A stretch of DNA of 64,000 nt. It comes from Deltaproteobacteria bacterium. GTDB lineage: Bacteria > Myxococcota_A > UBA9042 > DTJE01. Positions 50,806 to 60,600 of this stretch are shown here, one piece after another (position 1 is the first letter of the stretch; each line of letters opens with the position of its first letter). The translations under genes and the position numbers were made by a program. The notes below the pieces were generated by a model. That model was not told the origin of the DNA, did no database searches, and worked only from the letters and a program-made list of their open reading frames with translations. The stretch spans positions 209,675 to 273,674 of the forward strand of contig JAKPOP010000010.1 in NCBI GenBank assembly GCA_029547805.1, written 5' to 3'.

Positions 50806-52656
50806 ATGACGACCACTCCTCCGACAACGGGCGCCCCGCTGCAGACCCGGCGCCTCAAGAACGTGAAGGCCCTGCTCTGGTTCCTGGTCGGGATGGCAGC
50901 CTCCTTCGCCCTCTTCCGGTTCTGGCGGGGCATGGGCGCCACGACGAACCTCACGGACCTGACCCCCTGGGGCTTCTGGATCGGCTTCGACGTGATGGGT
51001 GGCGTCGCGCTGGCCGCCGGCGGCTTCGTGATCGCCGCGACGGTCTATGTCTTCCACCTGGAGCGGTATCGCCCCATCCTGCGCCCTGCAGTGCTGACCG
51101 CCTTCCTGGGCTACCTGGCGGTGGTCGTGGGCCTGCTCTTCGACCTGGGCCTCCCCTGGCACATCTGGCACCTGATCATCTTCTGGAACCCCCGCTCCCC
51201 GCTCTTCGAGGTGGGCTGGTGCGTGATGCTCTACCTGACGGTGCTGCTGCTGGAGTTCCTGCCGGTGGTGCTGGAACTGGCGAAGCACCCCGTGTTGTCC
51301 CGGATCTACCACGTGCTGAAGAAGGCGACGGTCCCGCTGGTGATCCTCGGGATCATGCTCTCGACGCTCCACCAGTCGTCCCTGGGCTCGCTGCTGCTGA
51401 TCATGCCCCACCGGATCGACCCTCTCTGGTACTCGCCGATCCTGCCGATCCTGTTCTTCCTGTCGGCGGTGGGCCTGGGGCTGATGATGGTGACCACCGA
51501 GTCCCTCTTCTCGGCCTGGGTCTATGAGCAGCACTACGAACTGGACCTCCTCCAGGGTCTGGCCAAGGTGGCGGCGCCGGTGCTCTGGCTCTACGGGGCG
51601 GTCCGGATCGGGGACCTGGCCTGGCGAGGGTCCCTGGGCCACGTGCTGGACTCGGGTCTGGCGCCCAGACTCTTCGTCGCCGAGATGCTCATCGCGGTGA
51701 TCATCCCGGCGACCCTGCTGTCGATCCCCGCGACCCGCCGGTCGATGAAGGGGCTGGCCATCGCGGCGGGCATGACGGTGGTCGGGTTCGTCTTCAACCG
51801 GATCAACGCCGGGGGACTGGCGATGATCGAGACGACCGGCACCCGATACGTCCCGGCGTGGACCGAGTTCATCGCCTCCCTGGGGATCGTGGCCGGAGCG
51901 GCGCTGGTCTTCTTCTTCATCGCGGAGCGGTTCCACCTGCTGCCGGCAGGGCCCATGCGCCACGCCCGGGAGCGGCTGCCGAGTGTGGGGGAGTTCCGGC
52001 CGATGCTGAACCGGGGCGCGGCGATGTTCGTGTTCGGGACGGCCCTGGCCGTGATGCTGCTTCCGTCCTCGGCGCTGGACGGGTGGCCCGTGGTGGCCCA
52101 GCCGGTCCATGGTCCGGGCTACAACGACGTGATGATCATCGACGGCAACCGGAACGACAAGGGCGTGCGGTTCGACCACAAGATGCACCTGGACGTCGTG
52201 GACACTCAGGACAAGTGCGCCTACTGCCATCACATGGTGAAGCCCGGAGCCCACGCGACGGGCTGCAGCCAGTGCCACTCCGACGAGCACCTGCCGGTCA
52301 GCATCTTCAACCATCGACTGCACCAGGAGGCCCTGTCCAAGGGCCCGGGCTGCCTCACCTGCCACGAGGACACCTCCCGGCCCAAGGACCTGGAGCACTC
52401 GCGGCCCTGCCTGGACTGCCACCGGACGATGATTCCCGAAGGGGCGGCCTTCCAGCCCGCCGGGGCCCCCAACATTGGACTGGCGGTGGGGTACATGGAC
52501 GCGATGCACGGCCTCTGCCTGAAGTGCCACCAGGAGCAGGATGGAGGCCACGCGGGCGACGCCCCGGTGCTGTCCCGCTGCAACACCTGCCACTCGGGGG
52601 TGGTCCAGCCCTTCGACCCCCTGCGCCCGGACCAGCGACTCCGGGTGTCTCCCTGA
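50806..52656 (+). CDS. NrfD-family (HybB/HmcC) quinone-interacting membrane protein fused to a hexaheme cytochrome c3-like domain
   Basis: TNL...PWGFWIGFDV, LSTLHQSSLGSL; six CxxCH motifs (CAYCH, CSQCH, CLTCH, CLDCH, CLKCH, CNTCH) with FxHxxH motifs. Confidence 0.9.
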   Translation: MTTTPPTTGAPLQTRRLKNVKALLWFLVGMAASFALFRFWRGMGATTNLTDLTPWGFWIGFDVMGGVALAAGGFVIAATVYVFHLERYRPILRPAVLTAFLGYLAVVVGLLFDLGLPWHIWHLIIFWNPRSPLFEVGWCVMLYLTVLLLEFLPVVLELAKHPVLSRIYHVLKKATVPLVILGIMLSTLHQSSLGSLLLIMPHRIDPLWYSPILPILFFLSAVGLGLMMVTTESLFSAWVYEQHYELDLLQGLAKVAAPVLWLYGAVRIGDLAWRGSLGHVLDSGLAPRLFVAEMLIAVIIPATLLSIPATRRSMKGLAIAAGMTVVGFVFNRINAGGLAMIETTGTRYVPAWTEFIASLGIVAGAALVFFFIAERFHLLPAGPMRHARERLPSVGEFRPMLNRGAAMFVFGTALAVMLLPSSALDGWPVVAQPVHGPGYNDVMIIDGNRNDKGVRFDHKMHLDVVDTQDKCAYCHHMVKPGAHATGCSQCHSDEHLPVSIFNHRLHQEALSKGPGCLTCHEDTSRPKDLEHSRPCLDCHRTMIPEGAAFQPAGAPNIGLAVGYMDAMHGLCLKCHQEQDGGHAGDAPVLSRCNTCHSGVVQPFDPLRPDQRLRVSP

Positions 52657-52862
52657 GGTCCCAGGCGCCATCGGAAGACACCCCTGCCCGGAAATGGGTC
52701 CCAGGCGAAATGCGACGGTCGAAGTCGGCCCGTCGATGGCGGTGGAACCCACCAGGGGACGTCTGCTGGACGGGGGAATGGTGAGACGGTTGACGGGGGG
52801 AGGCGAAATGGGGGATACCAGCAGCCGATGAGGCGGAACGGGGTCTGCAACGGAGGAAGGCC

Positions 52863-54572
52863 ATGAAGAAGGCGACGGGCATCCTGGTGCTGGCAGCGAT
52901 GCTGGCGGCCTGCGCGAAGGAGGGAACGGTGGTGCGAGGCGACGGGAGGCAGGGCTCCCTGGAGGCGGAGGCGAGGACCTTCCTGGAGGGCTACAACCTC
53001 CGGCGGGCGGCACTTGAGAAGAAGGCCGCGGAGGCCTACTGGCAGGCGGCGAACAGCGGTCGGAAGGAGGACTTCGAGGCCTTCGCGGAGGCGGACCTGG
53101 CCACCCGGAAGTTCCACAGCGACCGGGAGGCCTATCGGACGGCGGAGCGGCTGCTGGCGGCCTCCGAGGGGTTCGACCCGGTGACCCGGCGGTCGCTGCA
53201 GGTGGTCCGGCTGGCCTACCAGGAGAACCAGTTGCCGCCGGAGATGCTGGAGGAACTGGTCCGGCGGTCGTCGGAGATCGAGCAGACGTTCAACACCTAC
53301 CGGGCGACGCTGGACGGGCGGGCCTGGTCCAACAACGAGTTGCTGGAGATGCTGCAGAAGACCACGGACTCGGCCCGCCGGCAGGCGATCTGGGAGGCCC
53401 TGAAGGGGGTCGGGGCGAAGGTGGGGCCGATGCTGCTGGAACTGGCGCAGGTCCGGAATCGGGCCGCGAGGATGCTGGGCCATGGGAACTTCTGGGAGAT
53501 GCGGATCCGGATGCAGGAGCACGACCCGGAGATGCTGCTGGCGATCTTCGACCGGCTGGAGCGGGACACGGAGACCCCCTTCAGGGAGATGAAGGCCCGG
53601 CTCGACGCGGAGGTGGCTGCCCGGCTGAAGGTGCCCGTGGAGGCGCTGATGCCCTGGCACTACGACAACCCGTTCTTCCAGGCGGCGCCGCCCTCGGCGA
53701 GGGTGGACCCGGACGTGTTCTATGAGGACAGGAAGAAGGAGGACATCGTCGCCATCGCGCAGCGGTTCTACGCCGACATCGGGCTGCCGATGGACGCGAT
53801 CATCGCCCGGTCGGACTACTACGAGCGGGAGGGCAAGGACCAGCACGCGTTCTGCACGGACATCGACCGGGCGGGGGACGTCCGGATGCTCCTGAACATC
53901 CGGCCCTCGGCGGAATGGATGGACACGATGCTCCACGAGGCGGGACACGCGGTCTATGCGGCCTACAACGACCCGTCGCTGCCCTGGGTGCTCCGGGACT
54001 CGGCCCACATCCTGACGACCGAGGGGGTGGCGATGCTGTTCGGGGCGCTGGGGCAGAACCCGACGTGGATGGTGGACTACGCGGGGGTGGACCGGGCCCG
54101 GGCGGAGGCGGCGGCAGAGGCGCTGTACGAGCAGCGGCGCCGGGAGCAGCTGCTGTTCGCCCGGTGGGACATGGTGATGTTCCGGTTCGAGAAGGCGCTC
54201 TACGAGGACCCGACCCAGGACCTGAACCGGCTGTGGTATGACCTGGTGGAGCGCCTGCAGCACCTGCGACGGCCGGCGGGGAGGGACCTGCCGGACTGGG
54301 CGGCGAAGCCGCACTTCACGATCGCGCCGGTGTACTACCACAACTATCTGCTGGGGGAACTGTTCGCGGCGCAGGTGCGGGCCCGGCTGGTGGAGATCGC
54401 GGGCCACCAGGGCCCGGCGGCGACACTGTCGTTCCGGGGCCGGAAGGACTTCGGGGCGTTCTTCCGCGATGCGGTGTTCCGGCCGGGCATGCGTTGGGAG
54501 TGGCCGGAGTTCGTCCGGCGGGCGACGGGGCGGCCGTTCGGTCCGGAGGCGTTCGTGGCGGAGGTCCGCTGA
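52863..54572 (+). CDS. M2/M3-family zinc metallopeptidase lipoprotein
   Basis: Lipobox LAAC; HEAGH, TEGVAMLF, KPHFTIAPVYYHNY. Confidence 0.9.
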   Translation: MKKATGILVLAAMLAACAKEGTVVRGDGRQGSLEAEARTFLEGYNLRRAALEKKAAEAYWQAANSGRKEDFEAFAEADLATRKFHSDREAYRTAERLLAASEGFDPVTRRSLQVVRLAYQENQLPPEMLEELVRRSSEIEQTFNTYRATLDGRAWSNNELLEMLQKTTDSARRQAIWEALKGVGAKVGPMLLELAQVRNRAARMLGHGNFWEMRIRMQEHDPEMLLAIFDRLERDTETPFREMKARLDAEVAARLKVPVEALMPWHYDNPFFQAAPPSARVDPDVFYEDRKKEDIVAIAQRFYADIGLPMDAIIARSDYYEREGKDQHAFCTDIDRAGDVRMLLNIRPSAEWMDTMLHEAGHAVYAAYNDPSLPWVLRDSAHILTTEGVAMLFGALGQNPTWMVDYAGVDRARAEAAAEALYEQRRREQLLFARWDMVMFRFEKALYEDPTQDLNRLWYDLVERLQHLRRPAGRDLPDWAAKPHFTIAPVYYHNYLLGELFAAQVRARLVEIAGHQGPAATLSFRGRKDFGAFFRDAVFRPGMRWEWPEFVRRATGRPFGPEAFVAEVR

Positions 54573-54578
54573 GGGGCC

Positions 54579-55478
54579 TCACTCGTCGGGGTCGAAGAAG
54601 TCCCTCCAGGGGTCCACCCTTCGGAAGTACAGCGTCAGGAAGCCGGCGGAGACCACCCGGCGCACCATGCCCATGTCGTTTTCCTGGGTCCGGTGGAGGC
54701 GGGTGGCCTCGGCCATGAAGTGGGCGCAGGAGAGGCCCGGGACGGCCGGGAGGGAGGCGTCGAAGGTGTGGGTGACGGGGCCGGGGTCGCCGCCCCCGCC
54801 GAGTCGAAAGACCCAGAAGCGGTTCTGCTGGAGGATGGTCCGGGCGACCCGGTGGGGCGAGAGGCCGGGGGTCTCGAAGGTGGGATCGGCAGCCTGCCGG
54901 ACGGCGAGGACGGCCAGGCGGGCGGTGAGCTGGTGCTCGGGATGGCCGGTGGCGCCGACGTATGGGTCGAAGGTGACGAGGAGGTCGGGGCGGAAGTCCC
55001 GGATGGCGGTGACGATGTCCCGGAGGGGGTCTCCCTGGGCGCGCCAGCGGGCGAGGATCTCCCGGCGGGGCGGGAAGGAGGAGACGGGCAAGGGGGCGTT
55101 CCAGTAGCGGTGGTGGTAGAGGCGGGCACGGTACATGCGGGCCACCTGAGCCATCTCCCGCCCGCGAACGGTGGCGAGGTCGGGTTCGCACCCGTCGGGG
55201 AGGCCGCACTCGCCGCCGTCGCCGTGGGTCATGACGACGAAGGCGAGGGGGTTCCGGTAATGGATGGAGGCCCGTGCCAGGAGGCCCCCGGGGAAGCACT
55301 CGTCGTCGGGGTGGGCGGCGACCCACATGGTGCGGGCGCCGGCGGCCAGGACGTCGTCGAGGGGCGGGTCAGTGGGGTCGGGTCGGCCCCGGCGGTCGGC
55401 ACCACCGCATCCGGCAATGGTTGCGAGGGGCCACAGCCCGGCGGCGACGGCCCTCTGGAGGAACGTTCTCCGGTCCAT
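54579..55478 (-). CDS. PIG-L/LmbE-family deacetylase, Tat lipoprotein
   Basis: MDRRTFL Tat motif, lipobox IAGC, AHPDDE, T.GDGG, GHPEH; TAGAAT -10 at 55496-55501. Confidence 0.88.
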   Translation of the reverse strand: MDRRTFLQRAVAAGLWPLATIAGCGGADRRGRPDPTDPPLDDVLAAGARTMWVAAHPDDECFPGGLLARASIHYRNPLAFVVMTHGDGGECGLPDGCEPDLATVRGREMAQVARMYRARLYHHRYWNAPLPVSSFPPRREILARWRAQGDPLRDIVTAIRDFRPDLLVTFDPYVGATGHPEHQLTARLAVLAVRQAADPTFETPGLSPHRVARTILQQNRFWVFRLGGGGDPGPVTHTFDASLPAVPGLSCAHFMAEATRLHRTQENDMGMVRRVVSAGFLTLYFRRVDPWRDFFDPDE

Positions 55479-55508
55479 GGGTCACCTCCGCCGGGATTCT
55501 AGCCCAGT

Positions 55509-55613
55509 TGGTCCGGGAGGACCGGGGGCCAGGGGACCCGGGCGCGGGGCGTCGGGGGCGGGGGGACCGGGGGCGGGGGGACCGGGGGCGGGGGGACCGG
55601 GGGCGGGGGGACC
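55509..55613. repeat. 15-bp G-rich minisatellite
   Basis: Four exact GGGGGCGGGGGGACC copies (55554-55613) preceded by three degenerate in-phase units. Confidence 0.93.
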
Positions 55614-56440
55614 GGGGGCCGGGCCTCCGGACTCGACGTCGCCCCGGGGGCGCTGCCCCCGGGGCGCGTCTGCGCCTCGGCGCGCGCGAGGGCATCGATG
55701 GCCCCCGCAAGGTCGCGCGCGCCTCCGGAGCGTCCTCCGGGCCCTGCCCCCGGCCGCCCCGATGTGACGCCGTCTGGGTCACCGGAGCGCGGGGGCTGGG
55801 AGAGGTCGACGGTGGATTGGGAGAAGTGGGAGAGAACGGGTGGGGGTGTGGACAGGGACGAGGATACGCCGGAGTGGGGACCAGGGAGGAGGCTTCCTGG
55901 GACGTCGGGGGCGGGGGGACCGGGGGCCGGGCCTCCGGACTCGACGTCGCCCCGGGGGCGCTGCCCCCGGGGCGCGTCTGCAACCTCGGCGCGCGCGAGA
56001 GCATCGATGGCCCCCGCAAGGTCGCGCGCGCCTCCGGAGCGTCCTCCGGGCCCGGCCCCCGGCCCCCCCCCGATGTGACGCCGTCTGGGTCACCAGAGCG
56101 CGGGGGCTGGGAGAGGCCGACGGTGGATTGGGAGAAGTGGGAGAGGACGGCTGGGGGTGTGGACAGGGGCACGGATACGCCGGTGTGGGGGCCAGGGAGG
56201 AGGCTTCAGGGACGTCGGGGGCGGGGGGACCGGGGGCCGGGCCTCCGGACTCGACGTCGCCCCGGGGGCGCTGCCCCCGGGGCGCGTCTGCGCCTCGGCG
56301 CGCGCGAAAGCATCGATGACCCCCGCATGGTCGCGCGCGCCTCCGGAGCGTCCTCCGGGCCCGGCCCCCGGCCCCCCCGATGTGGCGCCGTCTGGATCAC
56401 CAGAGCGCAGGGGCTGGGAGAGGTCGGCGAGGAGTGGGCA
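55550..56440. repeat. Tandem array of three ~308-310 bp structured repeats (third copy truncated)
   Basis: CCGGGGGCCGGGCCTCCGGAC recurs at 55612, 55920 and 56230; each unit holds nested inverted repeats and a purine-rich tail. Confidence 0.95.
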
Positions 56441-56497
56441 AGGATGATGTCCCACCGCCGTGCAAGAATGAGGCGATCCCGGAAGGGGAGGGACAAG

Positions 56498-57646
56498 ATG
56501 CGGATCCTGCAGACCGGCGACTGGCATCTGGGACGGCGGCTGAAAGGGCTGGACCTGCTGGAGGACCAGCGGTTCGTGCTGGAACAGGTGATCGAGCATG
56601 TGGAACAGGAGCGACCGGACCTGGTGCTCATTGCGGGGGACATCTATGACCGGGCGGACCCTCCGGCGGCGGCGGTGGACCTGCTGGACGAGGTGCTGTC
56701 CCGCCTGGTGCTGGACCTGCATGTGCCGGTGGTGCTGCTGGCGGGCAACCACGACAGCCCGGAGCGGCTGGCCTTCTGCTCGGGCATCCTGAAGCGCCAG
56801 GGGCTGCGAATTGTCGGGGAGATCCCCGAGGCACCGGAACCCCTCGTGCTGGAGGACGAGGCGGGGCCGGTGCACCTGTTTGCCCTGCCCTACCTGGACC
56901 CGGAGCGGGTCCGGGAGGGACTCGGCCGAGACGACCTGAGGGGCCACCAGGCCGCGATGGAGATCGTGCTGGATCAGGTCCGACGGCAATGCCACGCCGG
57001 GGTCCGGACGGTGCTGGCGGGCCATGCCTTCGTCCAGGGCGGATGCTCCAGCGAGTCGGAGCGGCTGCTGACGGTGGGCGGATCGGGAGCAGTGGATGCC
57101 TCGCTCTTCGAGGGGTTCGACCATGTGGCGCTGGGACATTTGCACCGGCCGCAGTCGGTCGGCCCACGAATCCACTACGCCGGGTCGCTGCTGGCCTACT
57201 CGATCTCGGAGACGGACCACTCGAAGGGCTTTCTGTGGGTGGACCTGCCGGCCTCGGGACCGCCATCGGTCGCCCAGGTGCCCCTGACGCCAAGGCGCCG
57301 GCTGCGTCGGGTCCAGGGGACCTTCCAGCAGGTGATGGACGGAGCCAGGCAGGATGAGGACCGGGAGGACCTCATCGTGGCGGTGCTGACAGACCCGGCA
57401 CCGGTCCCGGACGCGATCGGGCGCCTGCGGCAACACTACCCGAATACGTTGCACCTGGAATGGGAGGCGCTGGAGCACCCGGTCGGCGGCAGCACGGTCT
57501 CGAGAGAGGTGCTCCGGCTGGACCCGCTCTCTCTGTTCCAGCGGTTCTACCAGGAGGTCACCGGAAGGCCGATGGACGAGGCGGCCACGGCCCTGCTGGG
57601 CCCGGTGGTGGAACGGGCGATGCGGCCCGGGGAGGAGGCCCGATGA
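56498..57646 (+). CDS. sbcD: Exonuclease SbcCD subunit D (Mre11-like)
   Basis: GDWHLG, AGDIYD, GNHDS, GHAF, ALGHLH, YAGSLL.YS.SE. Confidence 0.96.
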   Translation: MRILQTGDWHLGRRLKGLDLLEDQRFVLEQVIEHVEQERPDLVLIAGDIYDRADPPAAAVDLLDEVLSRLVLDLHVPVVLLAGNHDSPERLAFCSGILKRQGLRIVGEIPEAPEPLVLEDEAGPVHLFALPYLDPERVREGLGRDDLRGHQAAMEIVLDQVRRQCHAGVRTVLAGHAFVQGGCSSESERLLTVGGSGAVDASLFEGFDHVALGHLHRPQSVGPRIHYAGSLLAYSISETDHSKGFLWVDLPASGPPSVAQVPLTPRRRLRRVQGTFQQVMDGARQDEDREDLIVAVLTDPAPVPDAIGRLRQHYPNTLHLEWEALEHPVGGSTVSREVLRLDPLSLFQRFYQEVTGRPMDEAATALLGPVVERAMRPGEEAR

Positions 57647-60600
57647 TCCCGATCCGACTGACGGTGCAGGCATTCGGACCCTACGTCCAGCGCCAGGTGG
57701 TGGACTTCGGGCCGGCCCGGGACGCCGGGGTGTTCCTGGTCCACGGACCGACGGGAGCCGGCAAGACCACGCTGTTCGATGCGATCTGTTACGCCCTCTA
57801 CGGGCAGTCGTCGGGGGCGGAACGGACCGACCAGCAGATGCGCAGCCAACTGGCGCCATCGACCCTGCGAACCGAGGTGGAACTGGAGTTCGCGCTGGGG
57901 GAGTGGCACTACCGCTGCTGGCGTTCGCCGACCTGGGATCGCCCGGCCCTCCGGGGCCAGGGGACCACGAAGGCCAAGGCGGAGGCCCACCTCCATCGAC
58001 GGCCCGCCGGCGGGACCGGGGAGTGGTCCCTGTTGCAGACGGGCGACGGCAAGGTCACGGAGGCCATCCAGGCGGTGTTGGGCTTCACGGCGGAGGAGTT
58101 CCGGCAGGTGATCCTGATCCCCCAGGGGCAGTTCCGGAGCCTGCTGGTCGCCGAGGTGAAGGATCGGGAGCACATCCTGGGCAACCTCTTCAATACGGCC
58201 CTCTACCGCCGCATCGAGGAGGAGTTGAAGGCCGAGACGGCCCGCCGGCAGACGGAATTCCGGACCCTCGAGGAGCGCCATCAGACCTTGCTCGGGACCG
58301 GCGACGTGGCGTCCCTGGAGGACCTGGAACAGCGGATACGGCAGCGGCAGGTCGAACTGGAGACGATGCAGGCGGGGGTGAAGCAGCGACGGGACAGCCT
58401 CCAGTCGGCCAGGGCTGCCGCCGAGGAGGGCCGGCGGGTCCGGGGGATCTTCGAGGAGGCCCGCCGGGCCAGGCGACGCCTGGAGGACCTGGAGCAGCGC
58501 CGTGAGGAGATCGGATCGCAGAAGGCCCTGCTGGAGAGGGCTCGCCGGGCCCTGACCCTGAACGACCTGGCCGATGGGCTGCATCGGCTGCGCCAGCAGG
58601 CCGAACAGCGCCGGGAGGACCTGTCGAGGGCGAACCGGGACCTGGAGGAGGCCCGGCTGGCGCTGGACCTGGCCCGGGACGGCCTGGAACGACAGCGGGC
58701 GAACGTCCCGGAGACCGAGGCGATGGAGCGGGCTCTGGTCGAGCTCAAGGAGATGGGACCGCGCCTCCAGGCCCTGGAACAGGCCGAGGGGGAGGTCCAG
58801 GCGGCGGAAGAACGGCTGACGGCGGCGGAGGAACGGCTCCGGGCGGCCCGGGAGGGCCTGGAGGCCCTGGAGCAGGAGATGCGGGGGCTGGACCGGACCA
58901 TCGAGGCCCTGGACCCCCTGGCCGAGGACAAGGCCCGACGGGGGTCGATCCGGGACCAGCAGGTCCAGCAGCGGAACCTCCGCAGGCGCCTGGGCGAACT
59001 GCAGGATCAGCACCGGACCCTGGAAAAGCGGCTTCAGCGGCAGGCCGACCAGGAGCGGATGGCCTCCGCCGGGCTGGAGCAGGCCCGTCGCACGCTGGAG
59101 GAGGCCCTGGAGGTCCAGCGTCGGGAGATGGCCGCGGTGCTGGCGGCCCGGCTGGTCCCGGGCGATCCCTGCCCGGTCTGCGGATCGACCTCCCATCCGG
59201 CCCCGGCCCCGATCCGGGAGAACCTGCCCGATGGGGCGCTGCTGGACCGCCTCCGGCAGGAGGCCGATGCCGCCGCGGAGACCTGGAAGGTCGCATCGGA
59301 CGAGATGCTGCGCATCCAGGAGCAGTGGAAGGCCCTGGGCCAGCGCATCGAGGAGATGGTCCAGGACCTGGGAGAAGCCGCCGGGGCCTCCCTGGAGGAA
59401 CTGGAGGCCCGCTGCCAGGAGGCCGAACAGCAGGTCCGGGAGGCGGAAGAGGCCGCCCGTCGGCTGGCCGAGGCCCGAACCCGGCGGCGGGAGGCGGAGA
59501 CCCGGCTGGAGCAGGGACGGGAGGTCCTGGAGGCCATCCAGGGTCAGGTCCAGGAGGCCCGGTCGGCCCGGGACCGGGCAGCGGCCCTCCGGCAGGAGCG
59601 GCAGGCCGGCCTGCCCCCGGGGAGGGACCGAGGGACCTGGGAACAGCAGGTCGCCGAGTCCCGCGCGGCCCTCGCGGCAAGGAAGCAGGCCCTGGAGAAG
59701 GCGGAACAGTCGTTCCGGGAGGCATCGGCCCGATGGACCGGTGCCGAGGCGCGTCAGACCGCGGCGGCGACCGAGTCCGATCGGACCGCATCGGAACTCG
59801 AGGAGATGGATCGTCGCTTCCAGGAGCGGCTCCGAGAGCAGGGCTTCATGACCCCCGAGGAGTGGTCGGCGGCGCGGCTGGCGCCGGATGGGCTGGCGGC
59901 CCTGGAGGAGCAGATCCAGGGCTGGGTGCGGGACGTGGTCCAGGCCCAGGGGGACGTGGACCGCCTGGAGGCCGGGGTGGCGGGTCTGCAGGAGCCGGAC
60001 GTGGCGGCCCTGGAGGCCGCCGAGGCCGAGGCCCTGGCAGGGCTGGAGGCGGCTCAGGCCGCCGCGGCCCAGGCGGTGGCGGACCAGGAGCGGGACCAGG
60101 ACCTGGCAACCCGGCTGCGGCAGGTCCAATCCGAGCAGAAGGCGATCGAGGAGAGGCTCCGAGGCATGGAGAGGTTGTCCGGGGTGGCCAGGGGCGAGAA
60201 CCCCGTCAAGTTGTCCTTCCACGACTTCGTGCTGGGCCTGCTGCTGGATCAGGTCCTGGAGGCGGCGAACCTGCGTTTGAAGGTCATGAGCCGGGGCCGT
60301 TTCCAGTTGTTCCGACGAAGGGTTCCGGCGGACCGCCGGAAGCGGGAGGGGTTGTCCCTGGACGTCGAGGACGGCTACAGCGGCAGCCTCCGGGCCGTGC
60401 ACACCCTGTCGGGCGGCGAGTCCTTCCAGGCGGCCCTGGCCCTGTCCCTGGGACTGGCGGACGTCGTGCAGCAGCGGGCCGGCGGCATCCGGCTCGAGAC
60501 CCTCTTCCTGGACGAGGGCTTCGGCAACCTGGACGCCGAGGCCCGGGAGGAGGCCTGGAACCACCTGGCGGAGATGTCCGGCCGCGAGGGCGGCCGCCTG

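Noticed and set aside
52657-52860. Short repeats (GGTCCCAGGCG x2, AGGCGAAATG x2) and a possible riboswitch before the peptidase
   Set aside because: I recognised no riboswitch consensus, and the repeats are too short to support a call.
55550-56440. CRISPR array or protein-coding repeat (several ORFs cross it, including the 790-aa extension of sbcD)
   Set aside because: Units are ~310 bp with no unique spacers and no cas genes. Unit lengths of 308 and 310 break frame, translations are low-complexity G/R/P, and sbcD has its own RBS and ATG at 56498.
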